Below, piece after piece: positions 12,430 through 26,070 of a stretch of 64,000 nt of DNA. The stretch covers positions 44,146,001 to 44,210,000 of the forward strand of contig CM097885.1 of assembly GCA_044892525.1 (NCBI GenBank). Reading direction: 5' to 3'. The translations under genes were made by a program, and so were the position numbers. The notes beneath the pieces are model-generated. The model was not told the origin of the DNA. It worked only from the letters and a program-made list of their open reading frames with translations, and ran no database searches. The stretch's first letter is position 1, and each line of letters begins with the position of its first letter. Source of the stretch: Schmidtea polychroa (taxonomy: Eukaryota).

Positions 12430-14820
12430 CAGCGGTTCTCAAAGTGGGGTCCGCGACGAACTAACGCATATTTATTTTTTTAAATCATTTAAAAAAAAAC
12501 ATCAAAAAAATAATTTAATCATTTCTGTTATTAAAAATCAATTCAACATTAGCCCCCTTACGGGGTAAAACTGCGTTTTGTGTCTCCAATATTTTGCGTG
12601 CATGTTGAGGTTGTATGCTAATTTGTGACGTCATTGTTTTAAATTGTAACATTGTCACCTCGACTCGGTCCAACCTCGAGTGTTTATATAGCAGGCCTGT
12701 CTGCTTATTCTTTGCCTTTAATTGTATTTTCTCCGAGTGAACGACGCATCACATTTAGTATTTTATTTTCTTGTAAACAGTTTGTGGTATAATAAACATT
12801 AACTTTTGCTGTATAATTTTATAAATTTATAATTTGATTTTATTTTATCGATTTTTTTAGATTTAAGATGCCCACCAAAAAGAAAATGAGATATGACATT
12901 TCATATTTACAATATGGGTTTACTGTAATAAATTCGAAAGGTGAAGAGAAACCAAAGTGTGTCTTGTGTTCTGAGGTGATGGCACCCTCTTCTCTTAAAC
13001 CCAGCAAGTTAAAGAGACACTTAGAAACGAAGCATCCCAGCTCAATGACCAAAGATGTCGACTTCTTTAAGCGCCAAGCCGAACGACTGCACAACTCCAG
13101 GATTGATGACAAAGAAATCTGGTCGCAGAACATTAAGGCTGGTCTGAGGGCGTCCTATGAGGTTTCAAGGAAAATAGCTGCGGCCCAAAAACCGCACAAT
13201 ATCGGAGAAGAGTTGATATTACCTTGCTGCAAAGATATAATATCAAATGTTCTGGGATGTTCGGAGCTCAGCAAGCTAAGTTACGTTTGCCTGTCAAACG
13301 ACACTGTTCGGAGGCGAATAGCAGAAATGTCCGAAAACATTCTGTCGCAAGTGGTGTCAAAAATTCAAAACTCAACGTTCTCCTTCTTTGCAATCCAACT
13401 TGATGAAACGACGGATGTCGCCAACTTAGCACAACTTTGTGTCTACGTACGATATACGTATGATAAACACCTGGAAGATGAATTTTTGTTCTGTGAAACT
13501 CTCAATACCAGAACAACTGCAAAAGAAATCTTTGATAAAGTGGACAGATTCTTTGAAGCGCATGATATCAAATGGGAAAATCTTATTGGCGTGTGTACTG
13601 ACGGTGCTCCAGCAATGCTTGGTTGTCGTTCTGGGTTTCAAACTTTGGTTAAACAAAAATCCCCAAACATGATTGGTACACACTGTACTATTCATCGCTA
13701 AGCTTTAATGGTAAAAACCATGCCTGACGAGTTGAAAAATGTTCTCAATCATGTGATTACAGCAGTAAATTTTATAAAATCAAATGCACTTAACTCTCGT
13801 TTGTTTTCCGAGTTATGCAAAGAAAGTGATTCCGAAATTGAAAAACTCTTGTTGCACTCACACGTGAGGTGGCTTTCCAAAGGGAAAGTTTTAAAGAGGG
13901 ATTTTATACTCCATAAAGAAATTCAGCAATTTTTGAAAGATACCAAACCAGACATGCACACAAAATTCTCCGATGTCCGTTTTCTTATTTCCATGTCATT
14001 TTTGGTAGACATATTTGAATCCGTGAATTATATCAATCTGGCGCTGCAAGGAAAAGATATCACAGTGCTACATTGTCATGAAAAATTGACGTCTTTCAAA
14101 ATGAAGCTTGAACTATGGATTACAAAGTTAGAGAATAAGAATTTTGCTCCATTTCCGCAGCTGAATACATATATTGATGAAAATGAGCTTGAAGTCGATG
14201 CCGATATTCTTGAAATGATGAAACAGCATGTATTCGTTCTTAGCAAAGAAATGTCTCACTATTTTCCTGATCTGCGAGAATTTGAAAAACACCATCGGTT
14301 TATCACTAACCCATTTGAAGTATCCATTAGTGACCTGCCCTCGGACGACAATTTAGTTCAGGAACAACTTATTGATTTAATAAACGATGAGGGTGCAAAA
14401 CATGTTTTCCGTGGAACTTGCTGTAGTGACTTTTGGATTGAAATGGCACTGTCCAATCCTGATGTTGCAAAGATGGCTCTAAAAGTCCTCATTCCATTTG
14501 CAACCACCTATGAGTGTGAGTCGGCTTTTTCTACACTACTTACAATTAAAACAAAAGCAAGAAATAGATTATGCGCGACAAATGATATGTGAGTTGCACT
14601 GGCCAAGACAAAGCCAAACCTAGAAGCTCTAGTTCTGGGAAAACGCCTGCATCCGTCGCATTAAAATTGTTATTTAACTTTTACGATGTAATATTTTCTC
14701 AATATATATGTTTTATTTGCTATACCTTTTTTATTTTTTATTATTAAGGGTCCGCAAGCTATCTAACAATTTTTAAAGGGACCGCCTCGCAGAAAATTTC
14801 AAAGAATTTGAGAACCGCTG
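12430..14820 (+). mobile_element. Full-length Buster-type hAT transposon (2391 bp)
   Basis: TIRs cagcggttctcaaa / tttgagaaccgctg and a perfect 8-bp TSD ctataaag (nnnTAnnn, typical of Buster elements). Confidence 0.95.
12868..14664 (+). pseudogene. Buster/SCAND3/ZBED5-like hAT transposase with two in-frame stops
   Basis: PKCVLC...KLKRHLETKH, FAIQLDETTD, CTDGA, HCTIHR*AL, VRWLSKGKVL, PFATTYECESAFS. Stops at 13699 (TAA) and 14590 (TGA); the same frame continues to HPSH* at 14664. Confidence 0.93.
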
Positions 14821-17104
14821 CTATAAAGCAAAGAAATCGGTTATACAAACCGTCCTCAGAATTAAGAAACAAATGCTGAATCTAATTGCTTTTAGCACTG
14901 TATATTAAGTTTGGTTAAAGATGGAGGGAGTTTCCCGAAATTTGCGCGATCGTTCAGATCAAGGATGATTTAACGTACCTAATAATGTTCCCTGAAAAAA
15001 TTTAATCTCAACGAGCAAGACAGACCGAAATGCTGTTTCTCGTGGTCGTGTTGTGTGATTATTTTTTAAATTACAAACAAATTAGAAATAAATAACTTTA
15101 TGATTAAAATTCTATAAGTTTATCTCTAAGCTGATATAGCTTGTTCGATTTCTAATTTCTGAAGCTTCTGCAATTTACTTTTATACTATTTTCTCAGATT
15201 GGCAGCAGTTCTAATTGCTGATATAATTCTACAAAATTCTCCGGTTAATTCTCTCGACAGCTGCTGCTTATTAATCATGAATAATTCAAGCACAACTAAG
15301 ATTTTTATTTCTGTTTTTCGTATAATATTTCAAATAATATATAATGATTATTTCTTATAGTATTTGACCTATATTTATTATTTGTAGTAATTATTTATTC
15401 TAAATATAGTAATTATTTATTTACCTAAATTATTTATAGTAATTAATGCTAATTATAGTAATTATTAATTATTTATACTTATTATTATTATAATTATAAT
15501 CCTAGCCTCTATATGTCTATCAAAATTGCTCCCTGAGCGAGCCTAACCCCAACAGTTTATCAAATCAATCTATTGATGATAAACATGAATTATCCGAAAA
15601 TGATTCTGATTCGGAAATATCTTTAGCAGAAATTAACAAAAAATTGCACCAGGATATTACACAGCAACTAACTAAGGAAAAATTAGGCATGTCTATTCAT
15701 GATATAAATAGAAAGGAATCATTAAAAAGAGAACTTACAATGTTTATTGATACCGATCATTGAGGTTCTTTGTTAACTCTTGTGTATGAACATTTGTTGA
15801 CAATAAAACCAACAAGCGTTGAATCAGAAAGAACATTCTCTTCAACAATAAATTTCTGTAATAAGCTGCGTAACCGTCTGAATGATGACTCGTTGGATCA
15901 TTTATTCTTCTTAAAAGCATATTTTCTTAGCACTCAAAAATAAAAATTTTTTCCCATAATTTCCTAATAATTTTTTTAATTAGTTTTAATGATATGCATA
16001 CTTTATAGTGGAACATTATTAAAAAAGAATAAAAAATGATTTATAATTGAGCAATCTATTTTTTATACATTTTTTTAATGAACATCCAATACCGGTATTG
16101 AAATCACTGCTATTTTTATATAAAAGTTAATAATTCGCTCATTTGGAAAGTGTTAATAACTCACTTTATTCTGTTACTGTAATGCATTAGTTATAGTCAT
16201 AATTATTTACTGTTTTTTTTAATAAAATTTTGGGTTTTTACCCTATTTCTAGTATTATTAACCTTATTTATTATGAAAATAATTATCATTGTAATAAAAA
16301 GTAAATATTTTAATAAATGATTTTATTTAGAGAAAGATTCCACAGTGAGAACCTTACCCATGGCCTTTGTTACCTAACATAGTATTAATGATAATTTTTG
16401 TTATCACATTCTGTTAATCGGACTGAAAACATCTCTGTCAGCATGTGTTTAGTAGTCAACAGTTGATTCAAATATCAAAATTTCAATGGCAACTATTTTA
16501 TTGTATACAAGTACTTTAATCAAAATGCGGAGGCTCGCCATTATATAAACATTGAAACACACCATAAATCAGACAGTGGAATTCGACTGCTCTTGAAACT
16601 CAATGAAATTATAACTAGAAAGTTGATTTCAGTTAAATCAAACATAAAAAATCTGGCAGTCAGAGAATAATATTGTGTAAACACACATCGAAGAATACAT
16701 AAAATCCAATGCAGTCGGAACATTGAATTAATTTAATGTATTCATTCAATCCATGACATTTGATACAGTACATGAAGCATATTTGACAGTGCCGATTCAT
16801 AGGTCAATGACCATTACCAATTATCGCAATCACCACACACACACACACACGCACACACAGACATTTCAAAACAAATTTACAAAAAAAAGACTCTAAAAAA
16901 ACTTTTTATTTCTAAAATTTTTTGTCATGTAACAGAAAAATAGCATCAAAGTCATCATCTGAAAAGTATTCGAATGCCATGCAAATCTATTAGTCAGACT
17001 GAAATAGAAATTACTACAAGAAAAACACACATCAGTATTTATTATTATCACTGCAAATTAGTTCAATTCCATATCTCTAATTAGCTAAAACAAACACCTA
17101 TATC

Positions 17105-19952
17105 TCATTGTTCTGATACCGTTAAATCAGCTAAGCCCAATTCAATTCTTTCAGCGTTCTCGTCAACTTCGTCTTCTTCTAATTCCAAACTCGGAGACGT
17201 TCGACCGGACTCTAATTTCGGTGTACTGATTCCGGAAGCAGTTGGAGAACCGGGAGCCGAATATGGTCTACTCATATGCCAACTTTTCTCGGAAAATCTA
17301 TCACTTTCATCCAGTGAAATAGGTGTATGGTAATCGAATAAATGAGGAGATTGTTTCGACAATGCAATAATTCTGCTCTTTTTGTAATACTAAATATAAT
17401 ATTGAAATTAATTTCAAGTTAAAATTATGCAATTAAATAATGTAATTAATCACACTACTTACAAATCCAAGGTTATACCAATCAAGTAGTTCACTGAGTC
17501 TTTCTGTTCGATTTCTTAATACGATCCTTTGGCGACGAGAATACTGGCTAAAGTCCATCATGTACTATTATAAGTAAATTGATTTGTTATTCATTAACAT
17601 TATCAAACTACATTAGTCAATTGTTCAACTGATTCCTCGCCTGATCTATGTCTTCTATCTACTATATAAATTCCATATGATTTCGGATCGACTACATGGT
17701 CCTCCATGAAGCAACCGAATCCAGACAAATTCGTAGTAACTGATGGAATACCCATTACTGTACATTCGGCTGGAGTGTAACCCCAGGGTTCGTAATAAGA
17801 TGGGAAAACTCCTAAATGACAACCACGAACAAATTCTTCATAATCCATTGGAATCAATGGATTATTTGAACTGAGAAATTCCGGATGGAAAATTACCTGT
17901 TATTAAATCACTTTATTTAACACAATTCAGTTGTTCTAGGAATATACTTTAACACGATCGGAACGCGAATTAAACATTTGACAACGCCTTAAATTACACA
18001 AAATAGGATCATTGGCATCGTCTAGTACATTGTGAGTCGAAATAGGAGGTAGGCTTTGTCTCTGAGCACTATATATACATCTCTTTAATTTGATAATATC
18101 ATCTTGCTGTAAAACGTCCCCGCCAGCCGGTACATTGCCTTTCAAACACATTTCAAACACTCGTTTACCCATATTTGTCTGAATATCAACGACTGTGTTT
18201 CTCAGCTGTTTAGCTATAGCCTGAGATCGAAACGATTCAACGTTGAAATTATTCGTACGTGCAGGGAAAATCAAAAAAGCAACAACCGTCACATCACTTT
18301 TACATTCCTAGAAAATTATTCAATTATAATTGAACACTAATCAAATTTTTTTAAGTACATAATTTTTTCAACACAAAATAGAGTCACGTATAATTTATTT
18401 TTAAAATAATTTGCTCATTATTAGACATAGAAAAAACCGAAAAAATATTTTTAAAAACAATTTTATTGGCTTATTTTCTAACCAATATAATTTCTTTTAA
18501 AAATAAATCAATTTCATTTTCTATTGAATTTCTATTGAAAATTAAATAATTTGGGATATTATAAATATTGACATTATTATGTAATTTATTTATTTATTTT
18601 TTAATTATTGATTACGTAATATTATTGAAATAAATATTTTGATCAAATTTACCTTAAGTCGATGATTTAATCTCGCGAGCGATTCGATAAACAAATCAGC
18701 TCCTTTATTTTCGAATTCATAACGACCAGCGATAAAGAAATAGAGAGTTTTATCCAAGTCAAAATTAAGATGTCTGTAGAGTTGAAAAAAATGTTCATAA
18801 TACGGAAATTCAATCCAAATTTACCCGTAGAAATGACCTTGTATAAATTGGTGAATTTTTTCTTTGGCTTGAGCGTGACGATTTTGAAATTCATGAAGCG
18901 CAGCAAATTTGATGACGTTCAAACCGTTTGGTGTAATCACATCTGCTTTACGGCTAAGCAAATATTGGCTCTCCAAATCCGTGATTTGACTTACCGTTGT
19001 GAATGAATGCGTACAGTGAGCTGCTGCTCTTTCCAGACAATATCGATGATAGATATTTCGATCTCCTGCCTCTTTATCAACATCGAATTTTGCTAGATTA
19101 TTATAAAGATCTGCAGAACTCGCTGACAGATAACGACCAAGTAAAGTTGCATGTGTCGTAAAAACTGTTGCTATGTCCAAATTTCTTGTTCTACAAAATA
19201 TCAAACCAACCGCAACTAACCATTCATGGAAATGAGCGATAATTGGTGTGTATTTTCCATGTTCTTTGTCGATATTACCTCTAAACTATTAATATTGATT
19301 TATTATACTCAATAACAATTCAGGTTTATTTCTTACTAATCCCAGAAACCAAGTAACCAAGCCACCAAGGATAACCGAGTCATTGCATTCACTATCTTGT
19401 ACCGGTATTCCAATATGACTAGCTTCCCATAATTCCTTTTTCCAACTATCGATTCTCCAGGCAGACGATCCAATGTCAAATAAAACCACAAGAGGATAAC
19501 CATCAATTAGCCAGCGACCAAAAACAATCTAAATCAATTAATTAAAACATCCAATTTTCATTTTTATGAGTAACCTTTATTCCATGAGATCTCATTTCAT
19601 TGATTGCATTACCAAGGGGACCTGACGGACATTCAAGGATATCTACCTCAGTACGCATGCAAATTTCATTCAACGGACCCATTAAAATATAATTATCGCC
19701 TAATTCATCTTTTGTTGTCGCGGCTTTGGTTTTTATCACAGTATAAATGCCACCAACTAGAAATGAAATTTAAAATAATCAAACGTGAGTTATAAAAAAT
19801 CGATTAACACCTTTATTCACAACTTCCCATGCGATTTCAAACACATATCGATTGCCGTATATTTCGGGATCAATATTTGCTTTGAATGAATCTTCTTCGA
19901 CATTTTGGAATCTATCCTTTAAAAATTTACCGACGCTATTTCTTCTTTGCAT
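17105..19952 (-). CDS. GYS: Glycogen synthase (GT3 family), 9 exons, 709 aa
   Basis: Exons 19952-19811, 19756-19575, 19528-19337, 19285-18825, 18773-18653, 18307-17948, 17896-17612, 17564-17463, 17389-17105, all GT-AG, 2130 nt in frame. Motifs [57 protein letters not shown] and the C-terminal [17 protein letters not shown] phospho-cluster. Confidence 0.97.
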
Positions 19953-22900
19953 AATATAAACATATACAACCTTGAATGATAATTAATGATTTGAGTTATT
20001 CAATTAAACAAATAAAGAAATTTTAAATATTTAATTATTTAAAAAATATTTAATATTTAAATTTTTTATTGAATTATTGATTTTTGGGTATATTTTTATA
20101 AAATTTTTAATGCGAAATTAAATGAAATTATTAATTTAAAAGTTTTTTTGTAAAAAAATTTTATTTAATTTTTCAGTGTTTTTATTCAATCATATCTATT
20201 TTTATTGAAATGTAAAAAACTATTATATTAATGTAATCTAAATAATAAAGTTAAACCTCAAAATTTCCAGAGTGCAATCAATTAAGTATCAAAATACTAA
20301 TGATAATATGTAATATAAAAGTAGAGTCATATGAAAGACGAATTTTAATTTTTTTAAAATTAGTGAATTTTAGTTTTATTTAGTAATATAAAATATCAAC
20401 CAGCTTCTGAATCAAATAGGGATTTTTATTCTAAATTAGTTTACACGACCATTACCATTCAATCAAACTCTAGATTTTCCTATATTTGCAACATAAATCT
20501 ATATATGTCTATTTTTAATATTATATTTACTAAAAATAAAGTTTTAATTAATCAGTTAATTAATTCGCATTTTCATTTATATATCTATGCTAACATTACA
20601 TTCGAGTAATTTCCTTTCATTCTAAAGATATCTGATATACATATATATTTCTCATAAAATATGCTAATTTTTAACATGTAATACAATTAATTACTTTTTA
20701 ATTAATTTTTTTTAATTTTGGACACCTCTTGTGTATTATTTTAAATCCTGATTATTTTACACTGCATTATTTTTATACAACGCCAACAATTTTATAATGC
20801 TAAATATAAATAGAAAAAATATTAAGCCAAAAATTTATAAGATTTTTCAAGACTTTATTATTTCACATCATTAAGTGAAAATACTATTCATTGAAATACT
20901 TCCAAAATAATTTTGAGAGTGTAGATAAACTTTATTAGAAGACAAAACTTTAACTACACAAAAGACATGCACATTTTAAAATACACTATTTTATTTCTAC
21001 ATCTTTTATAATCTTAATCAAAGTTCTCTATATACTTGGTGAACGCTGAGCATATGACACTATGAAATCCTAGAAATGACCGAAGTAGAAAACAATGACT
21101 TAAACTTTTACTTAAAACTGTTAGATTTAAACATTAGTATCTATGTGAAAATGGGTCTGTGTAATAATAGGATATTTGTGCACTGCTGTTAGCCATCAAT
21201 TACAATTCATAAATCTACGTTAGTATTAAAAAAACGAAATTTAACTTGACAATGATTAAAGTAACCGCACTGAGTATACTTCTAGTGCGCAGCATGATCA
21301 AAGGAGCTGCTTGCGTAAGCGCAGTACCCAGTGGGAACATCGGCTACTATTATAAATGTTTAAAGGTAACATTATTTCATTTTAATTTATCATCATCCAG
21401 ATTTATCTTAAACCTCAAATGCATTGTGTCAGTGCCGGCTCCACATGGCAAGCAAAGGATGAGCTGTATCGGCCCACCATATGTGGAAGCGCTGAAATTA
21501 CATTGCGGAACACTTTAATAATCTAAAAACTTTCTTCTACGAAAACATGAAAAATAGATTTACCATAACCACTCTTTATTATTTAAATTTTTTTTGATTT
21601 TTATGTATTAAATATATTACATTATTTGTACTTAAAAATCAAATACTTATTAAAAAATTAATACTTATAAGTACTAAAGCATTTTCTTATTACCCGTTTA
21701 ACCGTTTCTAATGAAAACACATATTTATTAACGGCATCAAAACAATTTTTGAATCGGGGCGCCACAAATCCTAGGGCCAATACTACGTTGTGTTGTCATT
21801 TGATAAATTACTGAATTTTACTCCCCTAAAGTATGAGTAAAGTCAATTTTAAGTTGCTGTGCAATATTGTCGATTGACTACATATCAATACAAATTGTAA
21901 AACCTCAAATCGCATACAAATTTCGTGATAATCACTTTATGCTTATACTAACCAGTTAAATGTTTACAAATAAAAAATATAATTTTAACAAATGATGCAT
22001 TCGAATAATAAAATATCCATGCGTTATCGCAATATTTTCCATATATTTATTTTTGTTGAGGAATATTTCTGGTCCTAATAATCACAGGGTATTTTAATTC
22101 TTGCTTAAAATTCATGTCAACATTACAATGTTTTATAAGTAATAATGAAAAATGAAGAAGCCTTTATTCATATAACTATTAAAAAAATTTAATAGAAAAA
22201 TAGAAAAATTATTTAGAATTAAAAAAAAATATTCAGTCAACAATTTCATTTCCACATTGCATAATTTAACAGAATTAGATAATAAGTAAGGCGAATAACG
22301 TAACTAGCACAGGTGGGATGTAGGTTAAAAAGAAAAATGCCATAGACAGGACCGGCGAAATCCACAAAGAGAAAAGCTGTTACATTGGATTACCAAATTG
22401 AGAGAGAACCGAAATTTTTTAGATTTATAAAAATTTTACTAAAATTAAAAATTTAATTAAATTTTGTAATAATATTAAGTTTAAAAAATAACAATATATA
22501 TCAATCCACTTGCAAACTAAGCAATAACAATGGGGCCAGGCTAATAAACCGTAATATTCAAATTTATTTCACTAAACACCACACGAACATCACTTTTACA
22601 ATATATTTTTCAATAGGTCTTCTGTCATTATCTGATGAAAAATTTAAATTTTTTTATTCCTACCTTGTCGAAATATGTTGTATAAGTGATCTTCGAGTTG
22701 AGTTTTTTAATATATTTTAATATATTTTTAATACATTAAATCAAAGATTTTTCAGTTATATTTTTTATTAATAATAAATCAGAAGAGAATTTATTGTTTT
22801 TTTAAAATTATTTATGTTAATTCTCTTATTTTTTAGTAATATTTAAAAATTAATAAATATTTAAAATAAATTTGTTGTACCACATTTTTCCTATTTCCAC

Positions 22901-25227
22901 TACTGCAGTTTTACAACAGTTTCTTATTTGTATTTCCTTGTATATAGCAATTATCGGTCTTGACTAGTCTTTCTGTATTTAAACTCAAACTTTAGTTAGC
23001 TAAATAATTTTAAAATTTTATAATTTCTTACTATAATTTCTTACTATTTACAATGTTAAACAGCGGCGATCGAAAATTATTTGGATAATAATTGAAAAAT
23101 ATTTTTCACACAAAAATTATGAATGTAAACTTTGTAAAAATAATAAAACTTTCTTTTAATTTTTAATAATTTTTCATCTATGCACTGCCTTTTTGTAACA
23201 AATAAATACATTCGCGGCCCGAGGGAAATTGCTTAGCAGGGTGTCAGTGTGAGACCAATGAAGAAAATAATAAAAGCAGTAAGTACATTCCAAGGAATCA
23301 CGATGAAAATTAGGAGGAGTTTTAATTAAATATGATTTTCCTTTTCATTTCATCTTTATTTCAGTGACCAGAATAAATATTTGGTACTTGATCATTTAAG
23401 CATCCTAAACTATTTTATCTATTAAATAACTGTAAAATAAATATTGCTATTATTATTAATATTATAAATATCTAAGTTCATAATCCACAAACTACCCGGG
23501 CCCTAACCAACCCATTCATATAATTAATAACCACATTGATTGGTTGTTTAAGATAATTTTTAGGAAGCGGCCAATGAAATTAATATCGCATAAAAATTTA
23601 AAAAGAAAAAATGCAAATATAAGTTAAGAAACAAAGTTTGGCAATTTTATTCAGTGTATTTCGCCACAGTGTCTGTTCTCAACTGTTTAACATTATACAG
23701 TTAACTTTTTTGACGTTTAGAACAATAATAATCTATCAGATCCTTGATTTATAAATTATTATCTGCTGGACGCTAAAACGATAAATTTCTGATTGACATT
23801 TTCGAAATTAATCTTTTGAGCATTTTGGTGGTTCTTAATATATTATGGATATCGCAATAAGTTCATTATTATTAAAATACAAATAATCAAAAAAATGGCA
23901 ACCGATCCAGTTAAAATTTGATAAGATATTCAAAAGTCTGCGTTTCTCTCAAGGGACCTTGGAATATTTTAATTTAAAAGTGCAAATTTATTATAATTGT
24001 AAAACAATCGGAAAACACAATAAATTTAACTAAATAGAAATCAGGACATTGGAAAATTAATAATCTAATATATAATGCTAAGTGATAAAATGGAAATACA
24101 AGTGAATTTCGATTTTTCGACACCCCTAAATCATCAACGTTAAAAATAAATCAATTACATTCGATGTATCGACATTTTAATTTAAAACCATTTCATTTGG
24201 AAATAAATAAAAATTTAAAAAAATATTGAGCCCTAGAGAACAAGCTAACTCATATAAACAGTTGAGTTTTATGTATGAACTCATATTTGAAAATATTTTT
24301 TATAGTTGTCAGAAACTGTTCACTTCTTATTATTAAAACCGCTCGATGGTTCATCATCATGGTATTTTAGGTGGGCGAACGATCGTGCTATCGGACAATC
24401 GAAATTTATTTGTAGATAGCAAAGCACAAAAAGAAATTTAACTTAATATTACTTATAATTGGTCAGTAAAAAATATAGCATGATTATTTTTAATGATTAT
24501 TTTAAGAACAAAAATGATATAAGAAAAAAAATGTGTAAAATTGTATTTAAAGATGAATTTTAATGACAACACTAAAATTATTAATCTAGTCAGAATTACT
24601 GACCTTTCTTATTTATTACATTTCATTGATCCGCCTCTTTTGGCACTTTTATGAGTATAACTAATCATTGTATTTATAAAATAATTGACTATGAATCAGT
24701 AAAAATATCAATGTTTTTTGCTATCTTTACTGATTCACTGTGAATCTTTTTATAAATACAATGTCAATTGAAAAGAAATCAAAGGTGAAAACTGAAAGAA
24801 GTTCTTATAATAAAACTAATTAAGAATTGCATAAGATTTCCAATGAGTACTTTGCGGTTAAGAAATCTTGCCAAGCTATCTATAGAACACTATCTCACAG
24901 ATAAAATTGACTTCGACAATGTCATCAACAATTTTTCAAAACGAAAAACAAAAAAATATCTATAAAATTAAATATCTTATTTTAGAAATAAATACGGTAT
25001 CTTATTTTTTTCCTATATCTTTTTCTCAATTTGTCCTTTTCTTTTTTTCCCAAAGCAGTACCGACACTACTATTAAGATGAACTTCTTAGTACCAAAACC
25101 ATAATGGGACACAAAAATCGAGATAGCCATTAAACATGATCTCTCTATTTGAGAACATTCGTTGTTAAGGAAAAAAATCAATTAATTAATTAACTCATTA
25201 ACGCTTAAATTGAAACAATTTAATTAA

Positions 25228-25516
25228 CACATTGACGGACAGTAGAAACAAGTGAAGTTCGAAAATTGACACCATATGTTTTTGTAATTTTTAGAATATT
25301 AGAAGTATAGTTTTACTCTTTCTGCTTAAATAAACTTAATTTTGATTAATTTAGCACCTTTAATAAGGTAATTTAAAAATGTAAATGACAGGTTTAATGG
25401 CTCAAATAAGCAATTTTTTTGTGTGCAACAACCGTTTCGTTTTTGACGGCTATTGCCGGCATGCCACATAGTGAACTTCGCCTTGACGGCTATAGACGCA
25501 AGTGTCCGTGAACGTG
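25228..25516. mobile_element. piggyBac-type MITE
   Basis: TTAA on both sides; TIRs cacattgacggac / gtccgtgaacgtg. Confidence 0.7.
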
Positions 25517-25519
25517 TTA

Positions 25520-26070
25520 AAAGTATTTTTCAGGAGGCTACAATAAAACTGCAACAAAATATTCGAAAGATAAGCAAAGATTTTTATAATTCAAATATGG
25601 GAGCGGTTGATCAAGTTGACAGACGTCTGTCATTTAGTGAAATTCAAGTACGATACTCAAGTCAAGTCTCAAGTAAATAGAAATGTTTCAGGTAGCCTTT
25701 TTGACAAATTTAGGGGAAATTGGGAGAAAACAAATACAATAAAATTAGAGGGAAGGTTTGGAAAATGACGCAATCTTTTTCACTATACTGCTCAAAAATT
25801 TAAATTCTTTAAAAGTTGATAAAAAAATGTTTGAAAAATGTTTACATAAATTTACAAAACAAAATGTAAAATTCAGATATTTTTTCAAATTTTCACTTGT
25901 CAAATTAATTATAATTATTTTAATGTATTATTTAACCGGTTCGGTTTGGTACACATTTTTTTATTTTTTGTTATACATGCAATAAAATATAATAAAAAGT
26001 AATTAATTTGAATTTTTTTTGTAAAATAGTCAGTGAACCAACGGCAAACATGCCGGTGAGAATATGTTAT
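25520..26070 (+). mobile_element. piggyBac transposase relic
   Basis: Peptide DFYNSNMGAVDQVDRRLS (~25580-25635) matches the piggyBac YN..MG.VD..D catalytic motif; a terminus-like sequence lies near 26050-26070. Confidence 0.6.

Larger units (their letters stand above)
12240..15554 (-). mobile_element. Solo LTR (~916 bp once the nested hAT is removed)
   Basis: TGTTAGG at 12240 and CCCCAACA at 15554, 4-bp TSD gctt/gttt. Removing it restores the host transposase frame (LER|LSNQSIDD). CCAAT and TATAAAA on the minus strand at ~15180-15203. Confidence 0.7.
10737..16109 (+). mobile_element. Decayed BED-finger hAT transposon, split by nested insertions at 12240-15554
   Basis: ATG 10737; BED finger (SLVW...AKCKIERC...GGSTSGLHTHLKTKH); FSICFDEYTS, CLAHGIQL, LDSKTHWNS motifs. 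After the insert it resumes with the dimerisation domain KPTSVESERTFS...RNRLNDDSLDHLFFLKAYF (stop 15943). Right terminus caataccggtattgaaatcactg at 16109. Confidence 0.85.
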
